A stretch of 64,000 bases of DNA from Phycisphaerae bacterium (GTDB taxonomy: Bacteria > Planctomycetota > Phycisphaerae > JAAYCJ01): the NCBI GenBank assembly GCA_012729815.1, contig JAAYCJ010000251.1, positions 26,434 to 90,433 on the forward strand. Direction: 5' to 3'. The translations under genes and the position numbers were made by a program. Each line of letters begins with the position of its first letter. Position 1 is the first letter of the stretch. Shown here piece after piece: positions 1 through 8,595 of this stretch. A model generated the notes under the pieces. It was not told the origin of the DNA. It saw only the letters and a program-made list of their open reading frames with translations, and made no database searches.

Positions 1-437
1 ACCCCTCCCAGGCGACGCCTCAATGTGTCGCGCTCGGTGGCGGGGCACTCCGGCTCACACTCGTGTTGCCAGTATCGCTTGTCCCTTGGGCGACGAGAAT
101 CACCGCCCAAAGAAAAAGCCGGACCAAGGCCCATGCCCCGCCCGGCTTGATCTGTAACCTAACAAAATGAACCACAACTGTCAACCCGAGAACAACCCCC
201 GCCTACGCTTTTTCCGCCGTCGTCTTGCCCCCACAAGACCGAATACCGCCATAACCCTATGGCAAATAGATTGTTAGGACGGCATGCACGCTCGCTGGCA
301 ACAAAGAAATTGACCGTTTTCTAACAATCCCCCTCCGCCAGCCGATCGCCCGACGTCTCGTCGACCCTTGAAACCCAACGACGCTTTGGTACCATAGGAC
401 CTGACCGCTGCCGGCAACCTCGTTTCAGGAGTACAGG

Positions 438-1943
438 GTGATCAAGTTCAGTGTGTTTCGCGACGGCCAACCCGCGGGTGACGTGGATCTCCAAGCCTCC
501 TACCTCGTCGGGCCCGACGACGTCCCCATCCGCGGGCAGATCGCCTTCGCCGACGGGGCGATCACCTGCCAGAAATCCACCGAGGACGCCGCCGCCCTGG
601 CCGTGATGTGGGAAGTGCCCGGCTGCGGCAGATACCTCCTCCAGACCACCCGCCTCGCCGACCGATCCGAACCCTACAACCTCAACCTCGAACTGGCCCG
701 CTGGCGGCTCATGCGGATCAGCCAGAAAATGGAGGACTGGGCCCTCTTCGACTTCCCGCACATGGAGCACATCGCCCGACAGATCCAGACCGCCCGCGAC
801 CTCTTCATCGAGGCCCTTCAGAAACAGGGCGATCCCGCACGGGTCGCCGTCATCGCCGACCAGTCCCTCAAGCTCTCAACCGAAGCCGGCGAGTCCCTCG
901 CCAAGTTCCACGCCCACAAGATGCTCGGACCCCGCCTCCAGCTCGGAGGCCTCAGCCGCAAGCTCTTCGGCTGCCGCATCGATCCCGACGCCGCGCCCGA
1001 AACCCTCACGCCGGACGTCATCTCTGCCCTCAATTTCATCCAGCTCCCCCTCCGCTGGGCCGACGTTCAGCCGGCCCGCAACCAGTTCGCCTTCGCCAAG
1101 TACGACCGATGGTTCGAACTCCTCGTCAAAAACCGAGTCACCATCAAGCTCGCCTCCGTCGTCCGCCTCGACGACCACAACCTGCCGCCCTGGCTCAAGA
1201 AGGGCAACGTGGACTTCGACGCCATCCGCGACCTTGTCCACGAATACCTCGCCCACGTCGCCAAACGCTACGGCAAGTACATCCGCGGCTGGACCATCGT
1301 CAGCGGTATCCACGGCGAAAACTACTTCAGCCTCAGCTTCGACCAGATCCTCGAACTGACCCGACTGCTCGCTCTCCGCGCCAAGCAGGTCTGCCCGCGC
1401 GCCACCACCGTCGTCGAAATCCTCTGCCCCTGGGGCGAATACTACGCCCACAACCCGCGGACCATCCACCCCTTCCTCTACGCCGACATGGTCTCCCAAA
1501 GCGGAATCAACTTCGACGCCTTCGGCCTCAGGCTCCCCGTCGGCGTGCCGCAGTTGGGCATGTACATGCGTGACATCCTCCAGATCTCCGCCATGATCGA
1601 CCGCTACGCCATCCTCGGCAAACCGCTGCACCTGACCACCGCCGCACCCTCTCAGCCTGTCGAAAACAACGGCAAGGGCGCCGGCGGCCACTGGAACGCC
1701 CCCTGGTCGCCGCAGATCCAGGCCCGATGGCTCGAAATGTTCTACCAGATCGCCCTCAGCAAACCACAGGTCGACTCCGTCACCTGGGACTGCCTCGCCG
1801 ACGACTCCGACCCCCAGGCCGTCTCCCACTCAGGCCTGCTCACCGCCGACCTTCAGCCCAAACCCGCCTTCGCCGCCATGCGAGAACTCGAAAAACGCCT
1901 CTCCGAGGTCAAAGCCTCGCTGAAGTCCGAGCCGCCAAAGTAG
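438..1943 (+). CDS. Hypothetical TIM-barrel glycosidase-like protein (GH10/GH-A-like); GTG start
   Basis: Long ORF with host-like codon usage. AGGAG sits 6 nt upstream of a GTG start. The C-terminal half has alternating hydrophobic/aromatic strand motifs (GKPLHLTTAAP, WSPQIQARWLEMFY) typical of (beta/alpha)8 glycosidases. No catalytic motif was confidently identified. Confidence 0.5.
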   Translation: MIKFSVFRDGQPAGDVDLQASYLVGPDDVPIRGQIAFADGAITCQKSTEDAAALAVMWEVPGCGRYLLQTTRLADRSEPYNLNLELARWRLMRISQKMEDWALFDFPHMEHIARQIQTARDLFIEALQKQGDPARVAVIADQSLKLSTEAGESLAKFHAHKMLGPRLQLGGLSRKLFGCRIDPDAAPETLTPDVISALNFIQLPLRWADVQPARNQFAFAKYDRWFELLVKNRVTIKLASVVRLDDHNLPPWLKKGNVDFDAIRDLVHEYLAHVAKRYGKYIRGWTIVSGIHGENYFSLSFDQILELTRLLALRAKQVCPRATTVVEILCPWGEYYAHNPRTIHPFLYADMVSQSGINFDAFGLRLPVGVPQLGMYMRDILQISAMIDRYAILGKPLHLTTAAPSQPVENNGKGAGGHWNAPWSPQIQARWLEMFYQIALSKPQVDSVTWDCLADDSDPQAVSHSGLLTADLQPKPAFAAMRELEKRLSEVKASLKSEPPK

Positions 1944-1953
1944 GGGAGTCCCC

Positions 1954-2340
1954 GTGCCCGACCACCGCGACCGCGCCTGGCGAAGCTACCAACTGGCCTT
2001 CACCGCCGTCCTGCTGCTGATCATCCTCGCCGACGTCGCCATCATCGCCTGGCGTGCCGCCTGCGCTCCGCCGCCGCGGACCATCGCCTCCGCCCTCGCG
2101 CCGCAAACGCTCCTGCTCGATCCCGACACCGCCTCCCCCGACGCCCTCGCCCGCGTTCCCGGCCTCAGTCGCCGACAAATCCAAGCCATTATCGACTACC
2201 GCCAAGCCCGCCTCGCTCAATTCCCCGATCGCCGATGCTTCACCACCCTTGACGACCTCGACCAGGTCCCTCACATCGGACCCAAAACCCTCGACAAGAT
2301 CAAAAAACACCTCCACTTCCCGCCGCCAACTGAAATGTGA
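1954..2340 (+). CDS. ComEA-like helix-hairpin-helix DNA-binding protein with N-terminal TM anchor
   Basis: N-terminal hydrophobic helix. C-terminal tandem HhH motifs (ALARVPGLSRRQIQAIIDYR ... LDQVPHIGPKTLDKIK) characteristic of ComEA. Confidence 0.7.
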   Translation: MPDHRDRAWRSYQLAFTAVLLLIILADVAIIAWRAACAPPPRTIASALAPQTLLLDPDTASPDALARVPGLSRRQIQAIIDYRQARLAQFPDRRCFTTLDDLDQVPHIGPKTLDKIKKHLHFPPPTEM

Positions 2341-2441
2341 TCCCGCTCCGCGAGCGATGGTCTGCGGACGAACCGGTAGCGATAATCAAAGTATGGGATT
2401 CCCTGCGCAGCGCACTCCGGCTGCTCAGACATGAGCTTCGA

Positions 2442-2996
2442 CTACGTCGCAGTGCCTTGCCGACGAATCTCAACCGGCTTGACCGGCTCAACGTCTTCCT
2501 TCGGCGGTGTCTCTTCGATCGGTCCGCAGCAGCCGCACGACTCCTGCTCCGTGTGGTTGTTCCGCTCGATCTCCGCGATCTTCTGAACCCGTCGCGAATG
2601 CCGCCCGCCCTCGAACGGCGTCTCCAACCAGACCTCCACGATCCGACGCATCAGCGCCTCGCCGATCAGGTCCGCCGGAAGGCAGAGCACGTTCGCGTCG
2701 TTGTGCTGACGCGACATCTGCGCCGTCAACTCGTCATGGCACAACGCCGCGCGAATCCCCGCCACCTTGTTCGCCGAAATCGACACGCCCAGCCCCGTCC
2801 CGCAAAGCAGAATCGCACGGTCCGCCTGACGGCCCGCCACCGCCTTCGCCACCGGATACGCCACGTCCGGATAGTCGAACGCCTTCGTCGAGTCCGTCCC
2901 GAAGTCCGACACTTCATAGCCGAGCTGCTCGAGCAGAGGCTTGAGCTTCTCTTTCGCAAAGTAACCGCGGTGGTCCGATCCCAGGGCAATCTTCAT
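2442..2996 (-). CDS. rpiB: Ribose-5-phosphate isomerase B (RpiB/LacAB family) with Cys-rich C-terminal tail
   Basis: MKIALGSDHRGY...LLCGTGLGVSISANKVAGIRAALCHD motifs match RpiB. About 35 extra C-terminal residues contain CGCCGP. The start overlaps the upstream gene's stop. Confidence 0.85.
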   Translation of the reverse strand: MKIALGSDHRGYFAKEKLKPLLEQLGYEVSDFGTDSTKAFDYPDVAYPVAKAVAGRQADRAILLCGTGLGVSISANKVAGIRAALCHDELTAQMSRQHNDANVLCLPADLIGEALMRRIVEVWLETPFEGGRHSRRVQKIAEIERNNHTEQESCGCCGPIEETPPKEDVEPVKPVEIRRQGTAT

Positions 2997-4138
2997 CGGA
3001 AAAGTTCCCTTAAGCGATCCCGGATCGCGTCCTCAAGCCGTTGGGCACATGCCACATACGCCGCCGGCGGCTGACCCAACGGGTCGGAGACGCCTTGATC
3101 CTTCTCTACCAATTCTACTCTATCTCGAGCCCCCGGGACAAGGCCGCTTACGAATTCCACGTGGTCCGGCGTCATCGCGAACACCGCATCCGCCCGGTTC
3201 ACCAGCTCCGGAACAAGCGGCCGACTCCGGTGATGCGAAATGTCCGCCCCCATCCCCCGCATCGCCTCCACCGCCTCCGGACTCGCCGGAAAACCCGACA
3301 TCCCCATCGTCCCCGCACTGACCACCGAAATCCCCATCCCCTCCAGCTCATCCGGGATCACGCCCAGCTCATCCGCCAGAATCCGCTGGCACAGCCCCTC
3401 CGCCATCGGCGACCGGCACGTATTGCCCGTACATACAAATAGTACATTAAATCTGGACATTTTCGCCACCGCGTCCGCCCCGATCACGCCCTCCCGGAGC
3501 ACCTCAAACCCGCTGCGATCCACCCGCACCACCGTCGATGACCCACGAAATCGCGTCGGACCGCCGTCCACCACCAGATCGACCTGCTCGCTGTCGAAAT
3601 ACCGGCACACCTGATCCGCATCCGTCGGCGGCGGCTCGCCCGACGGGTTCGCCGACGGGGCCACCACCGGCCCACCGGCCGCCGAAAGGAGCTTCGACGC
3701 CGCCGGATGGTCCGGGCAACGTAATCCTATCGCACTGTCCGAAAACAACTTATCGTAATCATGGCCGAATCTGGCCCTCGCCTCCCGGTCCTGGGCCGCC
3801 GTCAACTCGACCACCAGCGTGATCGGGCCCGGCCACCCCTTGCGAGCCAGCACCTTCGCGTACCACGGCGGGTCGGCCACGTACTCGTACATGCCACGCC
3901 GATGCGCCAGATGCACCGTATACGGCTTATCACTCGGCCGATTCTTCACTGCGTGCAGCTTATCCAACGCCCCAGCCACCGTCGGGCACGCCGCCAGACC
4001 GTACACCGTCTCCGTCGGAAACGCCACGATCCCGCCCCGGCTCAGAATCTCCGCCGCACGCGAGACCCACTCATCGCCGGACGTCGCAACTTCAACGCGA
4101 TTTATATTTTGTGTCGGCTGCTCTGTCATCGGAACCAA
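2993..4138 (-). CDS. tsaC: Fusion protein: L-threonylcarbamoyladenylate synthase (TsaC/YrdC/Sua5 domain) + low-molecular-weight protein tyrosine/arginine phosphatase
   Basis: N-terminal half has YrdC motifs (FPTETVYGLAAC, VAPSANPSGEPP). C-terminal half has the LMW-PTP P-loop VLFVCTGNTCRSPMAEG and the DP motif (GVSDPLG). Both lie in one continuous frame with no stop. Confidence 0.8.
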   Translation of the reverse strand: MVPMTEQPTQNINRVEVATSGDEWVSRAAEILSRGGIVAFPTETVYGLAACPTVAGALDKLHAVKNRPSDKPYTVHLAHRRGMYEYVADPPWYAKVLARKGWPGPITLVVELTAAQDREARARFGHDYDKLFSDSAIGLRCPDHPAASKLLSAAGGPVVAPSANPSGEPPPTDADQVCRYFDSEQVDLVVDGGPTRFRGSSTVVRVDRSGFEVLREGVIGADAVAKMSRFNVLFVCTGNTCRSPMAEGLCQRILADELGVIPDELEGMGISVVSAGTMGMSGFPASPEAVEAMRGMGADISHHRSRPLVPELVNRADAVFAMTPDHVEFVSGLVPGARDRVELVEKDQGVSDPLGQPPAAYVACAQRLEDAIRDRLRELFR

Positions 4139-4247
4139 TTATCTGGCCCACCAACAGGCAAGTCAAGTTCACCCACCCTTTTAATTTGTCTGTTAAGTTG
4201 TTGATATCTATAATTACCCACGGTTACGCAGACGGGGAAATATAGGC

Positions 4248-5132
4248 ATGATAGAGAACATCCTGGCCATCATCAATCCCATCTCCGGCTACGCCCGGGC
4301 CCGACAACTCCCCATGAAACTCCAGCGGCGCCTCCGCGACGAAGGCTTCAGCACCCGCATCCACATCACCCAGGGCCCCAACGACGCCACCGACTATGTC
4401 CACCGCCATGGCGGCGACTTCGACCTCGTCATCGCCTGCGGCGGCGATGGCACCGTCCGCGACGTCGTCTCAGCCGCCTCCGTCGAGAACATCCCCGTCA
4501 CCGTCTTTCCCACCGGCACCGAAAACCTCTTTTCCAAGGAACTCGGCATCACCTCCGACCTCGACTGCATGGTCCGCATGCTCCGACACGGACACTTCAT
4601 CGACATCGACATGGCCACCGTCAACGACAAACGCTTCCTGCTCCTCTCCGGCATCGGCTTCGACGCCCGCGTCCTGCTGATGCTCAATCGCTTCCGCACC
4701 GGCAACATCACCCACCTGACCTACTTCTGGCCCATCTGGCGAACTTTCTGGGAATACGACTTCCCGCCCATCAACGTCCAAGCCGACGGCCAGCTCGTCA
4801 TGGACAACGAACCGGGCCTCGTCTTCATCTCCAACATCCGCCGCTACGCCGTCGGACTCCAGATCTGCAAACGCGCCGAGAAGGACGACGCCCGCATGGA
4901 CCTGTGCATCTACAAGACCGACCACCAAATCTCTCTCCTCGCCCACGCCTGGCGAACCGTCCTCGGCCGACACGTCGATCACCCGAACGTCGTCTACCGC
5001 CAAGCCTCCGACATCAAGATCTGGTCCGACCGTGAGATCCCATTCGCCGTCGACGGCGACCCAGCCGGCTTCCTCCCCGCCACCTATCAGGTCCTCCCAA
5101 AAGCCCTCAAAGTCCTCGTCCCGCCGGAATAG
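4248..5132 (+). CDS. Diacylglycerol/lipid kinase catalytic-domain protein (YegS/BmrU/DagK family)
   Basis: DAGK_cat signature: ALAIINPISG ... VIACGGDGTV ... PTGTENL. Confidence 0.8.
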   Translation: MIENILAIINPISGYARARQLPMKLQRRLRDEGFSTRIHITQGPNDATDYVHRHGGDFDLVIACGGDGTVRDVVSAASVENIPVTVFPTGTENLFSKELGITSDLDCMVRMLRHGHFIDIDMATVNDKRFLLLSGIGFDARVLLMLNRFRTGNITHLTYFWPIWRTFWEYDFPPINVQADGQLVMDNEPGLVFISNIRRYAVGLQICKRAEKDDARMDLCIYKTDHQISLLAHAWRTVLGRHVDHPNVVYRQASDIKIWSDREIPFAVDGDPAGFLPATYQVLPKALKVLVPPE

Positions 5133-5165
5133 ACCATTCAGGACTCGGGGCCGGCGACTCCCGAT

Positions 5166-5398
5166 CCGGTAGGGCGGGAGGTTCTCGCCCAAGGCCAGGT
5201 CCACCCGCCATCCGACCCGCGTTGGCTCACCGGCCGCCGGCGCCACGATTGTGATTGACGCGTCGCTCGTGTAATATACCCGCTTCGCAAACGTCCCATG
5301 ATTCGTATTCAACGAACCAACGGCGTCAACGGAGGAACCATATGAACGAAGACCAACTCCGATCCCCACACCACCTCAGAATCCGCACCATCCTCCGC
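5166..5398. repeat. 233-bp direct repeat, copy 1 (about 92% identical to 6308..6540). Begins with a REP-like hairpin and ends inside a duplicated ORF N-terminus.
   Basis: Near-identical to 6308..6540 by direct comparison. Contains the hairpin GGCGGGAGGTTCTCGCC...GGCCAGGTCCACCCGCC and the duplicated start MNEDQLRSPHHLRIRTILR. Confidence 0.85.
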
Positions 5399-5402
5399 AT
5401 CG

Positions 5403-6287
5403 ATGGCCAGCCCCCTTTCGCCAGCCTCTGAATCCGGAAGTGAGAAGATGTTTGTCAAACTTGAGCAAATAAACCACCGACCGCAACCATTTGAATTCTA
5501 CACGGCGGCCGACCTCTGGACCAATGAGCACACCGCCAGGCAGATGCTCGCCTTTCATCTGAACGAGGAAATCGATCTCTCCTCGCGCAAGCGCGAATTC
5601 ATTGATCGGTCGGTGGAGTGGATCGACTCCCACTTTCACATCGGGCCCCGTCTGAGAATCGCCGATTTCGGCTGCGGCCCCGGACTCTATACGACGCAGC
5701 TCGCAAGACGGGGGGCGAGCGTGACCGGCATCGACTTCTCGTCCAACTCGCTTGCTCACGCCCGCAAGGTCGCCGACCAGGAACAACTGAACATCGCCTA
5801 CGTGAACCAGGACTACCTTCAGTATGAGACGACGGAGCGATTCGACCTGATCCTGATGATCATGTGCGACTTCTGCGCGCTGAGCCCCAGTCAGAGGCGC
5901 CGGATGCTCGCAAAGTTTCACAGGTTGCTTGCTCGCGGCGGAGCCGTCCTCCTGGATGTCTATTCGATCAACGCCTTCGAACGCCGCCAAGAGGCGGCAT
6001 CATACGGCCTGAACCTGCTCGATGGCTTCTGGTCGCCCAACCCTTACTACGGATTCCTCAACACCTTCAAATATGACGCGGAGAAGGTGGTTCTCGACAA
6101 GTACACAATTGTGGAGCCCCAACGGACGCGGACAGTCTACAACTGGCTGCAACACTTCACCCCCCAAAGCATCGAAGTCGAATTACGCGAAGCCGGTTTC
6201 ATGATGGACTCGCTGTTCGCCGATGTCGCGGGAACCCCCTTTGACCCCACAGCCGATGAGTTCGCCGTGGTCGCAAGACATTCTTGA
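5403..6287 (+). CDS. Class I SAM-dependent methyltransferase (lower-GC cassette). An alternative start at 5445 (MFVKLEQ...) is preceded by a GGAAGTGAG RBS.
   Basis: Motif I RIADFGCGPGLYT and post-I acidic motif GIDFS. GC and third-position codon usage are visibly more AT-rich than neighbouring genes. Lies between the two copies of the 233-bp repeat. Confidence 0.8.
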   Translation: MASPLSPASESGSEKMFVKLEQINHRPQPFEFYTAADLWTNEHTARQMLAFHLNEEIDLSSRKREFIDRSVEWIDSHFHIGPRLRIADFGCGPGLYTTQLARRGASVTGIDFSSNSLAHARKVADQEQLNIAYVNQDYLQYETTERFDLILMIMCDFCALSPSQRRRMLAKFHRLLARGGAVLLDVYSINAFERRQEAASYGLNLLDGFWSPNPYYGFLNTFKYDAEKVVLDKYTIVEPQRTRTVYNWLQHFTPQSIEVELREAGFMMDSLFADVAGTPFDPTADEFAVVARHS

Positions 6288-6307
6288 ACTCGTAATCCGG
6301 TAGTAAA

Positions 6308-6540
6308 CCGGTAGGGCGGGAGGTTCTCGCCCAAGGCGAGGTTCACCCGCCTTCCGACCCGCGTTGACTCACCGGCCGCCAGCACCACGATTGCGATCGA
6401 TGCGTCGCTCGTGTAACATATCCACTTCGCAAACGTCCCATGATTCGTATTCAACGAACCAACGGCGTCAACGGAGGAACCATATGAACGAAGACCAACT
6501 CCAATCCCCACACCACCTCAGAATCCGCACCGTCCTCCGC
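6308..6540. repeat. 233-bp direct repeat, copy 2 (carries the intact 5' end of the downstream membrane-protein gene)
   Basis: See copy 1. Here the duplicated ORF start continues as a full-length ORF to 6867. Confidence 0.85.
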
Positions 6541-6867
6541 GTCGGCGGACCGCTGATCGCCGCCACCGGCTTCCTGTTCACCATCGTCGGCATGGCCAGC
6601 TTCTTTGCCGCGATCGCCGGTTCAGGATTCCCGCGCCTCTTCTGGTGTTGCTTCGTCGGCGGACCGCTGATGTTCCTCGGCACCGCCATGTGCATGTTCG
6701 GCTACCTCGGAGCCTTCCAACGCTACGCAGCCGGCGAAACCGCTCCCGTCGCCAAAGACACCATCAACTACATGGGCCAAAACACCCAACCCGGCCTCAA
6801 AGCCGCCGTCAAAGCCATCGCCCAAGGAATCCGCGAAGGCCAAGAAGATGAGGATGAGAAGCCATAG
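6484..6867 (+). CDS. Small membrane protein (two predicted TM helices); hypothetical
   Basis: ATG at 6484 preceded by GGAGGAAC. Two hydrophobic segments (PLIAATGFLFTIVGMASFFAAIAG; LFWCCFVGGPLMFLGTAMCMFGYLGAF). Its first 19 codons are duplicated at 5342..5398. Confidence 0.5.
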   Translation: MNEDQLQSPHHLRIRTVLRVGGPLIAATGFLFTIVGMASFFAAIAGSGFPRLFWCCFVGGPLMFLGTAMCMFGYLGAFQRYAAGETAPVAKDTINYMGQNTQPGLKAAVKAIAQGIREGQEDEDEKP

Positions 6868-6945
6868 CAGAGCGGTTCGCATGCCACCGAAACAACGGGG
6901 ATTCGGGGTTGGGGATTCAGGAATCGGGGAAAGAAAGGGACGAAC

Positions 6946-7401
6946 ATGGGGCGCGAAATCAATAGCTGTCACGATCTGCGGGTTTGGCAGGAAGGGATGA
7001 GGCTGGTCACGGACGTGTATGAACTCGCTCGGCGGCTTCCGAACGAGGAAAAGTTCGGCATCATACCACAGATGTGTCGGGCGGCGGTTTCCGTGCCCGC
7101 CAATATCGCCGAAGGGCACGGCTCCAGCCATCGCAAAGTGTTCCTCAACCATCTCTCGATCACCCGCGGCTCATTGATGGAACTGGAGACGTATCTCCTC
7201 CTGATCGTTCAGCTTCAGTTCCTCGAACCGCAGAATACCCAGGCGATACATCAACGAATTCAGACTGTCGGCAAGCTGACCAGCGCCCTGATCCGTGCCC
7301 TCAAACGCCGCTCATCTCCCAGCCCCAAAACTGAGCCTCACCGACAGCAGCCAGAATCGGGAACTCAAACCCCGCGTCCCAGCCGTCACCTCATCTCCTA
7401 A
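6946..7401 (+). CDS. Four-helix-bundle protein (TIGR02436, 23S rRNA intervening-sequence protein family)
   Basis: Hallmark motifs LRVWQ...A..L...LP..EKFG...Q..RAAVS.PANIAEG. Confidence 0.8.
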   Translation: MGREINSCHDLRVWQEGMRLVTDVYELARRLPNEEKFGIIPQMCRAAVSVPANIAEGHGSSHRKVFLNHLSITRGSLMELETYLLLIVQLQFLEPQNTQAIHQRIQTVGKLTSALIRALKRRSSPSPKTEPHRQQPESGTQTPRPSRHLIS

Positions 7402-7501
7402 TCCCGAATCCCCAACCCCCAACCCCCAGTCCCCAGAATCTCCTTGTCCCCGATGATCCCTCAGCCATAAGATAGTTCTCACCAAAACCCGAGGCCCAAA
7501 C

Positions 7502-8347
7502 ATGAATGCACTACCGAAACTGACTCTCCCCCAAGGCCAGATCGGCCCATACCCCATCGGCGGCCCGGACGCCCGCATGGTCGTTGTCGCAGGACCGTGC
7601 GTCATCGAATCCCTCGACCACTGCCTCACCGTCGCCGGCCGCGTCGGCGAAATATGCAAAGCCATCGACCTCCCGTGCTTCTTCAAAGCCAGCTTCGACA
7701 AGGCCAACCGCTCCAGCATCGACTCCTACCGCGGCCCGGGCCTCGAAAAGGGTCTCGAAATCCTCGCCGAAGTCAAACGCCGCACCGGCCTGCCCATCGT
7801 CACCGACATCCACACGCCCGACCAGGCCGCCCCAGCCGCCCAGACCGTCGACGTCCTCCAGATCCCAGCCTTCCTCGCCCGACAGACCGACCTGCTCGTC
7901 GCCGCCGCCCAAACCGGCCGTTGCGTCAACGTTAAGAAGGCCCAGTTCATGGCCCCCTGGGACATGGAAAACGTCCGCGATAAACTCCGCTCCGCCAACG
8001 CCCCCCACGTCGTCTTCACCGAACGCGGCGTCTTCTTCGGCTACAACCGCTGGGTCGTCGATTTCCGGGCCATCGAATGGATGCACCAGCTGGGCATACC
8101 CGTCCTCATGGACGCCACCCACGCCGCCGCCGACCCGGGCGGTATGGGCAAAGCCTCCGGCGGTCAGCGAGACATGGGCGCCCTCCTTGCCCGCGCCGGA
8201 GTCGCAGCCGGGGCCGACGGACTCTTCCTCGAAGTCCACGACAACCCCGAAAAGGCCAAATCCGATGCCGCCACCGTCCTGCCCCTCGACTGGCTGCCCG
8301 AACTCCTCGAACAGTGCCTCAAAATCTACCAAACCGTCCGAAAATAG
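7502..8347 (+). CDS. kdsA: 3-deoxy-8-phosphooctulonate synthase (KDO-8-P synthase)
   Basis: Strong collinear similarity to KdsA: FFKASFDKANRSSI.SYRGPGLE, VDVLQIPAFLARQTDLL, VNVKKAQF, HA...GGQR. Confidence 0.9.
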   Translation: MNALPKLTLPQGQIGPYPIGGPDARMVVVAGPCVIESLDHCLTVAGRVGEICKAIDLPCFFKASFDKANRSSIDSYRGPGLEKGLEILAEVKRRTGLPIVTDIHTPDQAAPAAQTVDVLQIPAFLARQTDLLVAAAQTGRCVNVKKAQFMAPWDMENVRDKLRSANAPHVVFTERGVFFGYNRWVVDFRAIEWMHQLGIPVLMDATHAAADPGGMGKASGGQRDMGALLARAGVAAGADGLFLEVHDNPEKAKSDAATVLPLDWLPELLEQCLKIYQTVRK

Positions 8348-8595
8348 CGATTTCTCCCGGCCCTTCTGGACGAATCCCACACTTGGGTCGTCATACGTAT
8401 TACAGCTCCATTTGCCGACCCTCGCCCCCGGCGACCATGACCTGCTCATCGCCGCCGACAGCCGATCCGCCGGACTCTCGACCGTTCCCCTCCGTATCTT
8501 CCGCGTCCTCCGTGCAAAAAACCCTTGCATTTCTTTGTATATATATTTATACATATAGGCAAAGACGCGGACTCGCGACAAAAGGACGCCAAATC

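Noticed and set aside
608-1829. Long overlapping ORFs (for example 608..1573 +, 876..1829 -) and similar Arg/Pro/Gly-rich ORFs throughout (2337..3074, 18321..20801, 24833..25915, 27624..30284, 51759..53825, 53923..56046, 59390..62803)
   Set aside because: Compositionally extreme (R/P/G/A-rich) and lying off-frame or antisense to well-supported genes. These are typical high-GC artefacts.
8077-8595. 173-codon 5' extension of the GntR/PBP regulator ORF
   Set aside because: Low-complexity Arg/Pro-rich translation, while the AT-rich promoter-like island lies inside it. A good ATG at 8596 begins the winged-helix domain.
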